Shown here piece after piece: positions 16,681 to 17,021 of a stretch of DNA of 17,021 nt. The stretch is from assembly GCA_050293845.1 (NCBI GenBank), contig JBNKNM010000116.1, positions 1 to 17,021 on the forward strand. The letters are read 5' to 3'. The position numbers and the translations under genes are program-made. Position 1 is the first letter of the stretch; each line of letters opens with the position of its first letter. The stretch is from Pseudobacteriovorax sp. Lineage in GTDB: Bacteria; Bdellovibrionota_B; Oligoflexia; Oligoflexales; Oligoflexaceae. The notes beneath the pieces were generated by a model. That model had not been told where the DNA came from, did no database searches, and saw only the letters and a program-made list of their open reading frames with translations.

Positions 16681-17021
16681 CTAGAATGTTGCTAAAATCT
16701 CCGGCGGTGCCTTCTTCTTCCGATCTCTCATTTTGAAGTATTCTTCAAATTGTGGATCATAAGGGTTGGCAATGCCTTTAATTTTAATGTGACGGCGAAT
16801 AGGAGTTGTTGAAGCTCTAGCCAACGAAGGAGACTTAACCTCGCCTTTAACCATAGTTTTGGTTGAAAGGTTTCCTGAGAGAGCAGGATTTGGGAAGTAC
16901 TTTTTCCAAATCCAGTTCTTACCCCGATTCAGGTGCCTTCTCTTTGCCCAAGCCCATACAGCCCAAAAGATTTGGCTATCGACATAGCTGAACGTATCCT
17001 TTGACACACCATGCCTGAAGT
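16681..17021 (-). CDS. ltrA: Group II intron RT/maturase, C-terminal part (domain X/D), 5'-partial
   Basis: Frame is open to the window edge: FRHGVSKDTFSYVDSQIFWAVWAWAKRRHLNRGKNWIWKKYF...TPIRRHIKIKGIANPYDP..EEYF. No HNH domain before the stop. Confidence 0.9.
   Translation of the reverse strand, partial: FRHGVSKDTFSYVDSQIFWAVWAWAKRRHLNRGKNWIWKKYFPNPALSGNLSTKTMVKGEVKSPSLARASTTPIRRHIKIKGIANPYDPQFEEYFKMRDRKKKAPPEILATF

Larger units (their letters stand above)
16560..17021 (-). mobile_element. Group II intron 3' part (IIB/chloroplast-like type IEP), runs off the window
   Basis: Maturase C-terminus followed by domain V and domain VI, ending ...AACCGAC at 16560. Confidence 0.92.

Overview
AT-rich bacterial window with an intact signalling island set among decayed mobile elements. 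Intact genes: a TonB-dependent receptor (1497-3668, -), transcribed divergently from an operon with a sigma-28-like promoter. That operon encodes a soluble PAS-PAS-HPt-HATPase CheA-like kinase, a CheX-like phosphatase, a CheY-like receiver, two periplasmic binding-protein-like proteins and a lipoprotein, followed by a membrane HAMP-PAS-HPt-HATPase kinase (4689-12731, +). A third CheA-like kinase has a 7TM-DISM sensor (13500-16184, -). None of the three kinases has a CheW domain, and the window has no MCP, CheW, CheR, CheB, ABC permease/ATPase or ECF sigma gene. Mobile debris, mostly missed or fragmented by the ORF track: a SRAP pseudogene cut by a dead IS6 (662-1491); an internally deleted IS5/IS1031-type element with TAA target duplication in the divergent promoter region (3934-4397); a second IS6 left end in direct orientation (12850-12940) fused to a truncated group II intron (to about 13470); and the 3' end of another group II intron (16560-17021, -). 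The gene style suggests Oligoflexia/Bdellovibrionota, but this is inference only. All domain calls are by-eye motif recognition, not database searches.
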